This document shows positions 1-9,261 of a stretch of DNA of 32,000 nt, one piece after another. How positions within the stretch are numbered: the stretch's first letter is position 1; every line of letters begins with the position of its first letter. Source of the stretch: Promethearchaeum syntrophicum (lineage in GTDB: Archaea; Asgardarchaeota; Lokiarchaeia; Sigyniarchaeales; Promethearchaeaceae); NCBI RefSeq assembly GCF_008000775.2, contig NZ_CP042905.2, positions 3,120,001 to 3,152,000 of the forward strand. Direction: 5' to 3'. The position numbers and the translations under genes were made by a program. The notes under the pieces were generated by a model. That model saw only the letters and a program-made list of their open reading frames with translations. It was not told where the DNA came from and made no database searches.

Positions 1-408
1 ATTTACAATTTCAAATCCCAAATGTGAAAAATGGCCCATACAATTTAATATGATTAATACTACCACACCAATTTCAATCGCAAATATCATTATCTGGTTT
101 TTTCGTTCATTAATATCAACCTTACTCAATAATTTTTTCATTAGAATGTAAAAAATAACTCCAAGAATTGGACCCAAAAAAATAATTTGTAAAAGATAAT
201 TCCATGAAATATTCGCGTATTGGGTATCATTTGAATAATTCACATTTACACTTAATTGAAATGAACCATATCCCACATACCTGGATAAATATAAGAAAAA
301 TCCAAGTGGAATGAGAAAAATCATTAGAAACCAAATACCATTATGATATTTCTTTATTCTCTCCTTTATCTTCTTAGATTTCTCTTCTTCATTTATTACC
401 AAATTCAA
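1..408 (-). CDS. Partial membrane protein truncated by the left window edge, possible TTG start at 408; not in the supplied ORF track
   Basis: Manual reverse-strand translation is open to base 1: MNLVINEEEKSKKIKERIKKYHNGIWFLMIFLIPLGFFLYLSRYVGYGSF...SWNYLLQIIFLGPILGVIFYILMKKLL...IMIFAIEIGVVVLIILNCMGHFSHLGFEIVN. Three hydrophobic segments. Confidence 0.5.
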   Translation of the reverse strand, partial: MNLVINEEEKSKKIKERIKKYHNGIWFLMIFLIPLGFFLYLSRYVGYGSFQLSVNVNYSNDTQYANISWNYLLQIIFLGPILGVIFYILMKKLLSKVDINERKNQIMIFAIEIGVVVLIILNCMGHFSHLGFEIVN

Positions 409-668
409 GTTTTTTCACTTCTTCTAAAGTAACATACCACAACTTATAATAAAATTCGATCTCACATCAAATAAGATTTTCCCCTCATGATAAAGACGGC
501 ATTGCTCCATTCTGATTTTTTTCTCTTCTAATGAAAAAAGTTATAAATAAATTACTTGAGAGTTATATGTAAAGGATTTTAGGAAATTTACTAGTTTCAT
601 TAATTAATAGAATTAAATTACGGATGACATAAATGAGTGAACAAGAATGAGGTTAAACGGAAAAAATA

Positions 669-1985
669 ATGATGGGGGATTTAATATTGGCGGATAAAAT
701 CAGCGCTTTTACCCGTTTTTTAAAATTTCAAGTGTTAATTATTGGTTTTATAAAAATGGGAGAATTCGTATTTTTCTTTTTTGAACAAAATTATATCAAT
801 TTATATGTTGAACAGATTTTGGGGAAAAGTGAATATTATGTCTCTTGGTTAGTCTCCCTTAGTGCCGTAATGGGTATAATTTTTCAATTTGTTTGGGGTG
901 TTATCAGTGATAATACACGGTCAAAGTATGGTCGAAGGCGTCCATTTTTTATCTTTGGAGGATTCCTTGCTGGGATATCTATGATTATATATGCGTTTTC
1001 AAAAAGCTATTGGTTATGTTTAATTTTAGACGGAATTATTATTGCTATTGGCACCAATGCTTATCTCGCTGCAGAACATTCTCTTATCCCGGATATATTT
1101 GAGAAAAAACTACGAGGGAGAGCAAATGGTATTATTTTTGTAATGGGTAATATCGGAATGGTTATTGCTTTAGCCCTATTTCTTATTACTGAAGAAATTT
1201 TTGGGTATGAAGGACCTCAAGGAGGGACCATTCTTGAATCAACAGGTTTTATATTATTACTAACAGTTGGAGGTGCATTTATCATTATTGGAGGTATTCT
1301 TGGATTTTTATTCGTTCGGGAAAAACCTACAGATGAACTTCAACCGAGAAAGACATTTAAAGCCGAAATGAAAGAGACATTTAGAGTAAGTGAATTAAAA
1401 AACCATAAGGAATTTGGAAAGAACATTTTAGCAAATATGGTTTTCAGAATTGGGTATTCGACTATTATGCCGTTTCTTTTCAGTTATATTTTCAGTTTGG
1501 GAATGGATTTAGTTGAACTTTTAATTTCCATAATGGTTGTATCATTTCCATTAGTTTTTATATTTACATACGTAATTGGGGTATTAAGTGATAAATATGG
1601 AAGGAAGAAATTCTTGATTATTACACTTTTTATTATGGCTTTAGGATTGAGTTTAGTTCCTCTTATTGGCGGACCAAGTGATTACAGTTATGCTTTGATC
1701 CTCCTTTGTTTTCCATTTATTATGATTACCCTTTTGGGTTTTGATGCTCCTATGAATTCTTGGACTCAAGATTTATTACCAGAAAATAAACGAGGACAAT
1801 TTATTGGAATAATGAATATAACCATGAATGTCCCCCAAATAATCGGTTCCTTTATAGCTGGTTATGTGGCTATAGAATACGGGAAACAATGGATATTTCC
1901 TACAGCAGGTGCATTCTTAATACTTTCGATCCCCTTTTTCCTTTGGATCAAAGATACTCTTGGTCCGAAATCAGATCCCGAATAA
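669..1985 (+). CDS. MFS transporter of the GPH/sugar:cation symporter type (start may be TTG at 687)
   Basis: 12-TM-like hydrophobic pattern; motifs DNTRSKYGRRRPFFIFGG and DKYGRKKFLI; G-run at 674-678 lies 8 nt upstream of a TTG at 687. Confidence 0.85.
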   Translation: MMGDLILADKISAFTRFLKFQVLIIGFIKMGEFVFFFFEQNYINLYVEQILGKSEYYVSWLVSLSAVMGIIFQFVWGVISDNTRSKYGRRRPFFIFGGFLAGISMIIYAFSKSYWLCLILDGIIIAIGTNAYLAAEHSLIPDIFEKKLRGRANGIIFVMGNIGMVIALALFLITEEIFGYEGPQGGTILESTGFILLLTVGGAFIIIGGILGFLFVREKPTDELQPRKTFKAEMKETFRVSELKNHKEFGKNILANMVFRIGYSTIMPFLFSYIFSLGMDLVELLISIMVVSFPLVFIFTYVIGVLSDKYGRKKFLIITLFIMALGLSLVPLIGGPSDYSYALILLCFPFIMITLLGFDAPMNSWTQDLLPENKRGQFIGIMNITMNVPQIIGSFIAGYVAIEYGKQWIFPTAGAFLILSIPFFLWIKDTLGPKSDPE

Positions 1986-2013
1986 TGTAAAATGAGCATC
2001 CTGATGGGTCTTC

Positions 2014-2023
2014 TTTTTTTTTT
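2014..2023 (+). terminator. Poly-T tract downstream of the MFS gene, possible archaeal terminator
   Basis: Run of 10 T about 28 nt after the stop codon at 1985. Confidence 0.35.
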
Positions 2024-2070
2024 ATTTTAATGGGAAGATTATTATTGGTGAAGGGGAATATAATTTAAAT

Positions 2071-4086
2071 ATGGAAGAAGAATTTTTCAAAACGACCTCT
2101 GTGACTGATTTTAAATTGAAAAACATAGGGAATCCTCCTAGAGGATACAATATTCAAAGAAATCAAGATGTTTATTCTAAATTTCCATTTAAACCAGACT
2201 ATTCAGATCGTAAATCAGATTTTATCTCTCATTGCCTTCAAAATCCAGGGACTGATGCTATCAAAGGTTACTACTATGAATTGGTGCGAATTTCAGAAAA
2301 TCAGGGACCAATCTGGCAGGAATTAATTGAAAGTGCTTTAAATTATATCGATTCAAGGTTAGATTGTTCTGATTTTGTTCTCTTAGGAATAATGCGTTTA
2401 TACTGCCAACTCAGTCAAAAACCATTAGTGACCCCGAAAATTCTCCAACATTCAAAAAAAACCATCCTAATGTTTAAATATTGGCCTGATGAACCCGGAA
2501 ATGATTCAATGTGTTATTGGACCGAAAATCATCATATTATGTTTGCCGTGAATGAATATTTAGCAGGACAATTATTCCCAGATGAAATTTTCAGTAATTC
2601 TAAAATGTCAGGTAGAGAAAAAGTCACGAAAGCGAGTAAACGGATATTAAAATGGTTGGAATTGCGATTTTATACTGGATTCAATGAATGGTTATCAAAT
2701 ATTTATTTTGATGAAGATTTAACTGCCCTTCTTAATCTGATTGATTTTTGTAATGACACTGAAATAGTGAGGAAAGCAAAAATTATTGTGGATTTATTAC
2801 TCTTTGATATGGCACTAAATTCCTTTTATGGACAATTTGTTTCAACCCATGGACGGTGTTATGCAGCTGAAAAGAAAAATGCTTTGATAGAATCAACGAC
2901 TGATACCATGAAACTGGTATTTGGAATGGGCGTATTTGCGAACAATGATAATATGAGTGCAGTTACCCTAGCTTTAAGTGAGAAATATACTCCACCAGAA
3001 GTTCTTATAAGTATCGCATCTGACGTAAACAGATCAGAAATGCAAAATTTACAACGTGTGGGTATCAAAATAAGAGAAGCTGCAAAATGGGGTATAAATT
3101 ACAAGGATGTTGATAACGGATTGATCCTTCTTTCTTTTGAATCTTATGTTCATCCAAAAACAATTAATGTAATGGTAAAAATGCTCGATCGGTTTAGGTG
3201 GTGGGATAATCAATTCTTTCAAGAATTTGGACCCTTTAAACAAGCGTTGAGGATTGGGAAATATTTTGGTCTTACCATTTGCTTAGCTCTTATTTTTATA
3301 AAAGATTTAACTAGAAATACTCGAGAAGAAAATAATATCTATACTTATCGAACTCCTGATTATATGCTCAGTTCTTCTCAAGATTATCGAAAGGGCTATG
3401 GAGGGGATCAACAACATATTTGGCAAGCCACTCTTGGTCCAGAAGCAGTATGTTTTACAACACACCCGGGAGGGTATGAAAATACAGCACCTGAGGGATA
3501 TTGGTTAGGATCTGGTTATTTACCTCGCGTAGGCCAAGTGAAAAATGTTTTAATTTCAATATATAAAATTCCAAGGATGGGAGGAATATTGCTACGAAAA
3601 AATCTGCCATTTACCCATGCTTGGATCCCTAAAAACAAATTCGATGAAGTGATAGAAAGAAATGAATGGGTTTTTGCTCGATATCAAGAAGGTTATTTGG
3701 CACTTTTTTCTCAACATAAATATTACTGGCATCCCCAAGGGGGAGATAAAGATATGGAAATTATTGCCAATGGACGCCACAATATTTGGATTATGGAAAT
3801 GGGTCGAAAAGAAGATTATGGATCTTTTTCAGCTTTTGTTGATTCAATTTCATCATCAAACCTCAAGTTCGGTCGTCAGTCTGTCAAATATGCATCCCCG
3901 AGTCAAGGAAATCTAGAATTTGGATGGAATGGACATTTAAAACAAAATGGGAAAAAACTAAATCTAAAGAATTATCCTCGTTATGCGAATCCTTACTGTA
4001 AAACATCTTTTGGAGCCGAAAATATACATATTAAGCATTTAGATAAGGAAATATTTTTAGATTTTAATAAGGCAGGTAGAACCTAG
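2071..4086 (+). CDS. Uncharacterised 671-aa protein without signal peptide, paralogue of the protein at 9262-11313; possible alpha/alpha-toroid polysaccharide lyase-like protein
   Basis: Shares FKYW, WTENH, LAGQL(F/Y)P, GF.EW.SNIYF, THGR, YTYRTP.Y.LS..QDY.KG..G.Q.HIWQA.L and a C-terminal SPSQG block with the 683-aa paralogue; gene context is sugar-acid catabolism. Enzymatic role is inference. Confidence 0.75.
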   Translation: MEEEFFKTTSVTDFKLKNIGNPPRGYNIQRNQDVYSKFPFKPDYSDRKSDFISHCLQNPGTDAIKGYYYELVRISENQGPIWQELIESALNYIDSRLDCSDFVLLGIMRLYCQLSQKPLVTPKILQHSKKTILMFKYWPDEPGNDSMCYWTENHHIMFAVNEYLAGQLFPDEIFSNSKMSGREKVTKASKRILKWLELRFYTGFNEWLSNIYFDEDLTALLNLIDFCNDTEIVRKAKIIVDLLLFDMALNSFYGQFVSTHGRCYAAEKKNALIESTTDTMKLVFGMGVFANNDNMSAVTLALSEKYTPPEVLISIASDVNRSEMQNLQRVGIKIREAAKWGINYKDVDNGLILLSFESYVHPKTINVMVKMLDRFRWWDNQFFQEFGPFKQALRIGKYFGLTICLALIFIKDLTRNTREENNIYTYRTPDYMLSSSQDYRKGYGGDQQHIWQATLGPEAVCFTTHPGGYENTAPEGYWLGSGYLPRVGQVKNVLISIYKIPRMGGILLRKNLPFTHAWIPKNKFDEVIERNEWVFARYQEGYLALFSQHKYYWHPQGGDKDMEIIANGRHNIWIMEMGRKEDYGSFSAFVDSISSSNLKFGRQSVKYASPSQGNLEFGWNGHLKQNGKKLNLKNYPRYANPYCKTSFGAENIHIKHLDKEIFLDFNKAGRT

Positions 4087-4092
4087 ATAAAT

Positions 4093-6111
4093 TCAATACT
4101 TTTTATTAAATATTTTCCGATCTTGGTATTGAGCCCAAATTTTTTCAAACCATACATTTACTTTTGGGATTGGACGACATTTAACCCATTGTGTTTCGAG
4201 TTTCAATTCTCCATAAACATTCCTACTATTAAAAATTTCTAAAATTTTATCATCTAAATTGAAATTACGCGGTTTTATGGGATATTTTTTAAGTTTTGGA
4301 TGATAAATGGATGCATTCTGATCATCTCCTTTATTGATTATTAAAAAGGATCCTCTACTTCCACCTTCATGCATAATATAGGTTTGAATGCTCATTAAAT
4401 AGGTTATTTGGCATATTAAAGCATCTAAGGTTTTCAAAGCGCCCAAAAGCTCTCTCCCGGAATTTACATGAATTTTAGAAAAGAATCTGTTTAAATCGTT
4501 CCGTGATATTTTTAAAATGTTGTTAATTTCAATTAAATTTCGAGTATAAGCTCCAGATTTCATCATTCGACTTTGAATCTTGTCCAAGAGATATATTTGG
4601 TTCGATTCAGGAGATTGTTCATCATTTTGGAATAATTTTATTAAGAGCGATAATAAGTGAGATTTTGTATTTATTGCATGAACTGAGAATTCTTCTGCAG
4701 TTAAGAATTCCTTCCATTTTCCATATGCGATTTTTTCAGCAACCCTAATTCCTCCTACTTGCCCTGAATTTAATGCTGATCCTCCCGGTCGATGAACTCC
4801 GTGGGATCCATTTACTTCTCCAATTGCAAATAAATGAGGGACTGAGGTTTCCCACCATATATCTCCCGAAATTCCCCCATTACAATGTTGAGCACAAACA
4901 CCAATCTCCAAAGGTTCTGTGTATAAATCAATTCCATTATTCTTATAAAGATTGATGGCTTCTGGGTTCATGTTAGACAATCTATCAATTGGAATAGTCT
5001 GAATTGCACCACTATTTTCTAAATATTCTTTTGCTTCAACACTAAGTTTTTCCCAATCAAATCCTGAGGGGTTTTGCATGAAATTCATGTAAACCTTACG
5101 ATTGCGTTCAATTCTCTCAACATGAATAGCCATGTCAATTAATGAAGAGCCATAATCAGCTATTCGTTCAACATTAAAAGGCCACTGATATCCTTTAAGA
5201 AAAATAGCATTTATCAATTTTTCAGTTGTTGGAAAATATTCTTGTAAAAATTCTCTTTGTTCAGTATTTGGATCTAAAATATCATCCTCAGCCGCGATCG
5301 AAAAATAACGAGGAATTACTTGCTGGTAACTACCACTTACATTCCATCGAAATTTCAGTGATGCTAATCCAAATTGGGATTCAGTCAAGTTTTGAAGTTT
5401 TGCACCTGCAGAAATTGCTAAACTGGTTGATCCCCATTGAGAATGAGGATAGACGGAATATTTGTACATCCCAGAAGGACCCCCTGTCGCTAAAATAATA
5501 AAATCTGATTGAATAATATTTAGGCTTTTATTCACTATATCTTTTGAGAGATCATCACATGATTCAATTTTGTTTAAATTAAGATAAATAAGACCACATA
5601 CCTTTCCTTTCTGATCTTTTATTATTTCCACAACCAAAGATTTATCTAGAATTTGGATGTTTCTTCTGCGAACTTCATTTAAAAGTAATTTTCCCATCTG
5701 TTGTGACGTTAAAGGTCCTGCTGACGTCCCTCTTTGTAATGGATCGTTATCAGTTTTATACCCAACATATGTACCATATTGATCATGGGGAAAAGAGACT
5801 CCAAGATTTACCAAATTCATAAAAGCTTGAACCGAGCATGTTGCTTCAATTAAAGCAATATCTCCATGCATAGACCCTCCATCAAAGAGCGTTTGGGCCA
5901 TTTTTGATGGAGAATCACGAATTTCTCCTCCAAGAGATAGTTTATAATACGTTTGTTTATCCGATCCAGCTTCAAAGGATGTCCCCCCTCCCAATTTTTC
6001 AGTAATAATTAAAATTTGGTCCGAGGGAATATTTCTTTTTACTAATTCAACAGCACAATTAAGCCCTGCAGCACCGCTACCAATGATTATGGTATGAAAT
6101 TGCGAATTCAT
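4093..6111 (-). CDS. FAD-dependent oxidoreductase, fumarate reductase/succinate dehydrogenase/L-aspartate oxidase flavoprotein-like
   Basis: N-terminal dinucleotide-binding IIIGSGAAGLNCAVEL; HLFAIGEVNGSHGVHRPGGSALNSGQVGGIRVAEKIA near the second FAD-contact region; GAGGTGG SD-like sequence upstream of the ATG. Confidence 0.85.
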   Translation of the reverse strand: MNSQFHTIIIGSGAAGLNCAVELVKRNIPSDQILIITEKLGGGTSFEAGSDKQTYYKLSLGGEIRDSPSKMAQTLFDGGSMHGDIALIEATCSVQAFMNLVNLGVSFPHDQYGTYVGYKTDNDPLQRGTSAGPLTSQQMGKLLLNEVRRRNIQILDKSLVVEIIKDQKGKVCGLIYLNLNKIESCDDLSKDIVNKSLNIIQSDFIILATGGPSGMYKYSVYPHSQWGSTSLAISAGAKLQNLTESQFGLASLKFRWNVSGSYQQVIPRYFSIAAEDDILDPNTEQREFLQEYFPTTEKLINAIFLKGYQWPFNVERIADYGSSLIDMAIHVERIERNRKVYMNFMQNPSGFDWEKLSVEAKEYLENSGAIQTIPIDRLSNMNPEAINLYKNNGIDLYTEPLEIGVCAQHCNGGISGDIWWETSVPHLFAIGEVNGSHGVHRPGGSALNSGQVGGIRVAEKIAYGKWKEFLTAEEFSVHAINTKSHLLSLLIKLFQNDEQSPESNQIYLLDKIQSRMMKSGAYTRNLIEINNILKISRNDLNRFFSKIHVNSGRELLGALKTLDALICQITYLMSIQTYIMHEGGSRGSFLIINKGDDQNASIYHPKLKKYPIKPRNFNLDDKILEIFNSRNVYGELKLETQWVKCRPIPKVNVWFEKIWAQYQDRKIFNKKY

Positions 6112-6136
6112 TTAATTCCACCTCAGAGGAAATCCC

Positions 6137-6913
6137 TTAAAGCCTACGTATATGGAATCCACCATCAAGATTTAAAACTTGTCCAGTAGCATAGGGAATC
6201 AATCCTTCTGCTAAAGTTACAGCGGCTTTTCCTATATCTTTTGGATCCCCCCAACGTTTTATTGGTAAAATTCCTTCCCTAATTAATTTATCATATTTAG
6301 ATTTAACTCCATTAGTCATTGGAGTTTTTATTATCCCTGGTTGTATTTCATATACGGGAAAATCATATTCTGCCAAGCGATCGGCATAGAGTTTCGTCAT
6401 CATGGATAATCCCGCTTTGGAAATACAATATTCACCACGAGAGGTCGAGCTTGTAAAAGCAGATATACTTGAAATAGTTATTATTGAAGGATGATAGTTT
6501 TCAATATTTCCTTTTAGACGCAGTTCAATCATAAAATTAACTAATTGTTGGGTTAAAAAATAAGGTCCTTGTAGATTAATTTTTATCACATATTCAAAAT
6601 CTTCTTCAGAAGCTTCTAAAATATCTTTCCTCTCAGGAGGTGCAACCCCCGCATTATTTACCAGTACATCGATCCTTCCTATATTTTTCTTAATTGTCTC
6701 TATTAGGTTCTCACGAGATTCGCTGGAAGAGATATCACATTGAATAAACATGCTGGATTTTTCGTAATTCTCAAAAATATTTTCTTTTGGCTCATGTCGA
6801 GCACAAATGATAACATAATAATTTTTGGAAAGAAATTCATGAGCGATTCCTAATCCAATTCCTTGCGTTCCACCTGTAACCAATACTACTTTTTGATCAA
6901 TTTCTTCGTCCAT
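6137..6913 (-). CDS. Short-chain dehydrogenase/reductase, possibly KduD-like given context
   Basis: VVLVTGGTQGIGLGIA (TGxxxGIG), NNAG, S-x(n)-YCISKAG catalytic motif; GGAGATC SD-like sequence upstream. Confidence 0.9.
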   Translation of the reverse strand: MDEEIDQKVVLVTGGTQGIGLGIAHEFLSKNYYVIICARHEPKENIFENYEKSSMFIQCDISSSESRENLIETIKKNIGRIDVLVNNAGVAPPERKDILEASEEDFEYVIKINLQGPYFLTQQLVNFMIELRLKGNIENYHPSIITISSISAFTSSTSRGEYCISKAGLSMMTKLYADRLAEYDFPVYEIQPGIIKTPMTNGVKSKYDKLIREGILPIKRWGDPKDIGKAAVTLAEGLIPYATGQVLNLDGGFHIRRL

Positions 6914-6940
6914 TTTTAAGATCTCCTTTTCTTTTTCTTA

Positions 6941-8326
6941 TTAATTATTCTCCCTTTTCTTTCCTTTAAAATATGGTAGATAAGTTTCTGAATCTCGAAT
7001 AACACATCCGGTAACACTACTTTTACGCATTAATTCAGTACATTTAGAACAAGTAATACAACCTTTATTTGGATTCAATGCATTTTTCAGAAGAATTTGT
7101 TGTCCAAATTCAGGGTTTGCAAATGCCATCCTTCCATATCCAATTATATCCACATTTCCTTGAGATACTTCATAAGCTGCTATATGAGGAGAATATTCCC
7201 GTAACCATGAATATCCTGTCCCAATAATTTTTATTTCTGAAGGAACGGAAGATTTTATTTTTCGAGTTAGATTTATAAATCGATAAACTCCCTGTAAAGG
7301 ATGTTCGTTAGGAAGATTTGCACCTTGTACGGGTTGATCAAATGGACGAGATATACTTGAATCGAAATATGGATTTCCAAGGGTTAAATTGAATAAATCC
7401 ATCCCAATTTCGTGCAAGTCTTTAATTAATTTGATTGGTTCCTCCAAATTTGGAACTGGAGGATATCTATCACTTATTTGTTTTTCTACGCCCCACCCAT
7501 AGGGATAAGGAATTCCGTCATAAATATTCATCCGAGAACAAATAAGAAACTTTTCAGAAGAAAATTGGGATACTATCTCTTTTATTATAGATATTAACCA
7601 TTTTGTTCGCGTTGTATAAGAATCTCCTCCATATTTTGAGTTTACACGAGTAAATGCACTCAGAGATTCATTTAATAAATATCGGTGGCAAATCTTGATA
7701 TCAACTCCATCAAAACCTATCTCTTTAGCTAATTTGGTAGTCTCTATGAATTGTGATTTTATTTCTTCTAATTCACTATCTGATAGGATTTTTCCATCTG
7801 ACAAAGTTTGGTGATAAGCATTATCTAAAGGTTCATAGGAATACATTCTTTGTGGAAATTTTATTCCAGGACGAGAATACCGTCCGGAATGGTTGAGTTG
7901 AAGAATTTTAATTGATTTTTTAAAAATTTCATTCTTCCTACTCAATTCTTCCTCGGATTTTTCCGCTTCGTGTATAATTGTTTGAAAAGCATTTTTATTT
8001 TCTTCGTTTAACATAAGTTGGTTAGGATTTGAACGACCTTGAGGAGTTATGGCAGTGGATTCATACCAAATAATTCCGACACCTGATAAACCAAATCTTT
8101 GATATCTTCTTTTAGTTAAACGAGAAGGAGAACCATTAGTTTTAGCATCACAACCTTCCATTGGATGAATACAAAGTCGGTTAGAAATATTTAAATCACG
8201 GATTTTCAGAGGTGCTTTAAGCGATTCCAAATTCGTGGATAAATTTATATCAAGTTTTAATTCCTCTATCTTTTTTTTAAGTTGATCCTTCGATTTAAAT
8301 TTAAAAATTTCATGCTTTTGGTTCAA
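6941..8326 (-). CDS. Old Yellow Enzyme-family NADH:flavin oxidoreductase
   Basis: IHPMEGCDAKTNGSPS..RYQRFGLSGVGIIWYESTAI, ILQLNHSGRYSRPG, GFDGVDIKICHRYLL..FTRVNSKYGGDS; C-terminal cysteine cluster CITCSKC-x11-C. Confidence 0.87.
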   Translation of the reverse strand: MNQKHEIFKFKSKDQLKKKIEELKLDINLSTNLESLKAPLKIRDLNISNRLCIHPMEGCDAKTNGSPSRLTKRRYQRFGLSGVGIIWYESTAITPQGRSNPNQLMLNEENKNAFQTIIHEAEKSEEELSRKNEIFKKSIKILQLNHSGRYSRPGIKFPQRMYSYEPLDNAYHQTLSDGKILSDSELEEIKSQFIETTKLAKEIGFDGVDIKICHRYLLNESLSAFTRVNSKYGGDSYTTRTKWLISIIKEIVSQFSSEKFLICSRMNIYDGIPYPYGWGVEKQISDRYPPVPNLEEPIKLIKDLHEIGMDLFNLTLGNPYFDSSISRPFDQPVQGANLPNEHPLQGVYRFINLTRKIKSSVPSEIKIIGTGYSWLREYSPHIAAYEVSQGNVDIIGYGRMAFANPEFGQQILLKNALNPNKGCITCSKCTELMRKSSVTGCVIRDSETYLPYFKGKKRENN

Positions 8327-8384
8327 TTTGATTACCTTGGTTGGATTTGTTAACTTTTTTTTAGTTATTAATAATAAAAAATCT

Positions 8385-9245
8385 TTAGACGCTACCTAGA
8401 AGAAACATGAGAAACGCGATGAACACACTTATTCTTAGTAATATCATAATTGCTGGATTATATTTCTCATCCAATTTCAAAGAAAAGGTTAAAAAAGCAG
8501 CGATCCCATCACAAAATATAACAATTAGCATCGGAATTAGATAAAGCGTCGAATTATAGATGTTAAGGAAAATAGGCAGAGTAATACATATAATTGTAAC
8601 AATTTGTGCATAGAAAGCATTTCTTTGAGTTTTAATTGGACCATAAATCTTGATGAGGGGATTGATTTGATCCGCTTTTTCATTTTTTCGCACTTTGAAA
8701 CTACGAATTACCTCTTTCGAAAATTGGAGAGAAAATCCAGCAATAAAGAAAAGAATTATGTAGAAAGGTATATTCCAACCGTTCAGAGTTGCTCCATAAA
8801 AAAATCCAAAAGAGAACGAGAAGCTACTGATGATAATAACAAGGGTACTTCTATTTTCCATTTTTTTTCCGAAAAAGATTGATAGATTCCAAATAATTCC
8901 AATTAAAATCATGGAAATAATATTGAAAACACCAATATCATAGATTATTGAGTGAAGAAGTGCGAGAACAAAGGCACTGGAATAAAAAATACCACAAAAG
9001 ATTAATATTAATAGAGGATTTTTTAATTCATTTGTGGTCTCTTCATCCATTGATTGCAACCAAAGTGCGAGTAACATTCCAGATATTGCTAATAAAAAGT
9101 AAGTTGGCACACCTATATAGATATTAATACTGACTCTTCCCATTCCTATCTCCATTCGGGTATTTAATATACCAAAAAGTGTCAATATACTAGCAGCCAT
9201 CCAATTAAATGGTTTTAAAGTGCGGAAGATTTCTTTTTTGTTCAT
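8385..9245 (-). CDS. Polytopic membrane protein of unknown function
   Basis: About eight hydrophobic segments. I place the start at internal Met16 (9245) rather than 9290 because GGAGAG lies directly upstream and this removes the overlap with the preceding gene. Confidence 0.7.
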   Translation of the reverse strand: MNKKEIFRTLKPFNWMAASILTLFGILNTRMEIGMGRVSINIYIGVPTYFLLAISGMLLALWLQSMDEETTNELKNPLLILIFCGIFYSSAFVLALLHSIIYDIGVFNIISMILIGIIWNLSIFFGKKMENRSTLVIIISSFSFSFGFFYGATLNGWNIPFYIILFFIAGFSLQFSKEVIRSFKVRKNEKADQINPLIKIYGPIKTQRNAFYAQIVTIICITLPIFLNIYNSTLYLIPMLIVIFCDGIAAFLTFSLKLDEKYNPAIMILLRISVFIAFLMFLLGSV

Positions 9246-9261
9246 AATTTTCACTCTCCAA

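Noticed and set aside
2859-3243. Antisense ORFs 2859-3068 and 3049-3243 inside the 671-aa gene
   Set aside because: Both lie antisense to a gene with a clear paralogue in the same window and have no motifs; treated as spurious.
3592-3916. ORFs 3592-3780 (-) and 3662-3916 (+) overlapping the 671-aa gene
   Set aside because: Compositional shadows of the real frame; no independent evidence.
4773-5498. + strand ORFs 4773-4955 and 5226-5498 within the flavoprotein gene
   Set aside because: Antisense to a well supported FAD enzyme, no leader or motif.
8604-8882. + strand 92-aa ORF antisense to the membrane protein
   Set aside because: Charged, low-complexity translation with no homology cue; antisense TM genes often generate such frames.
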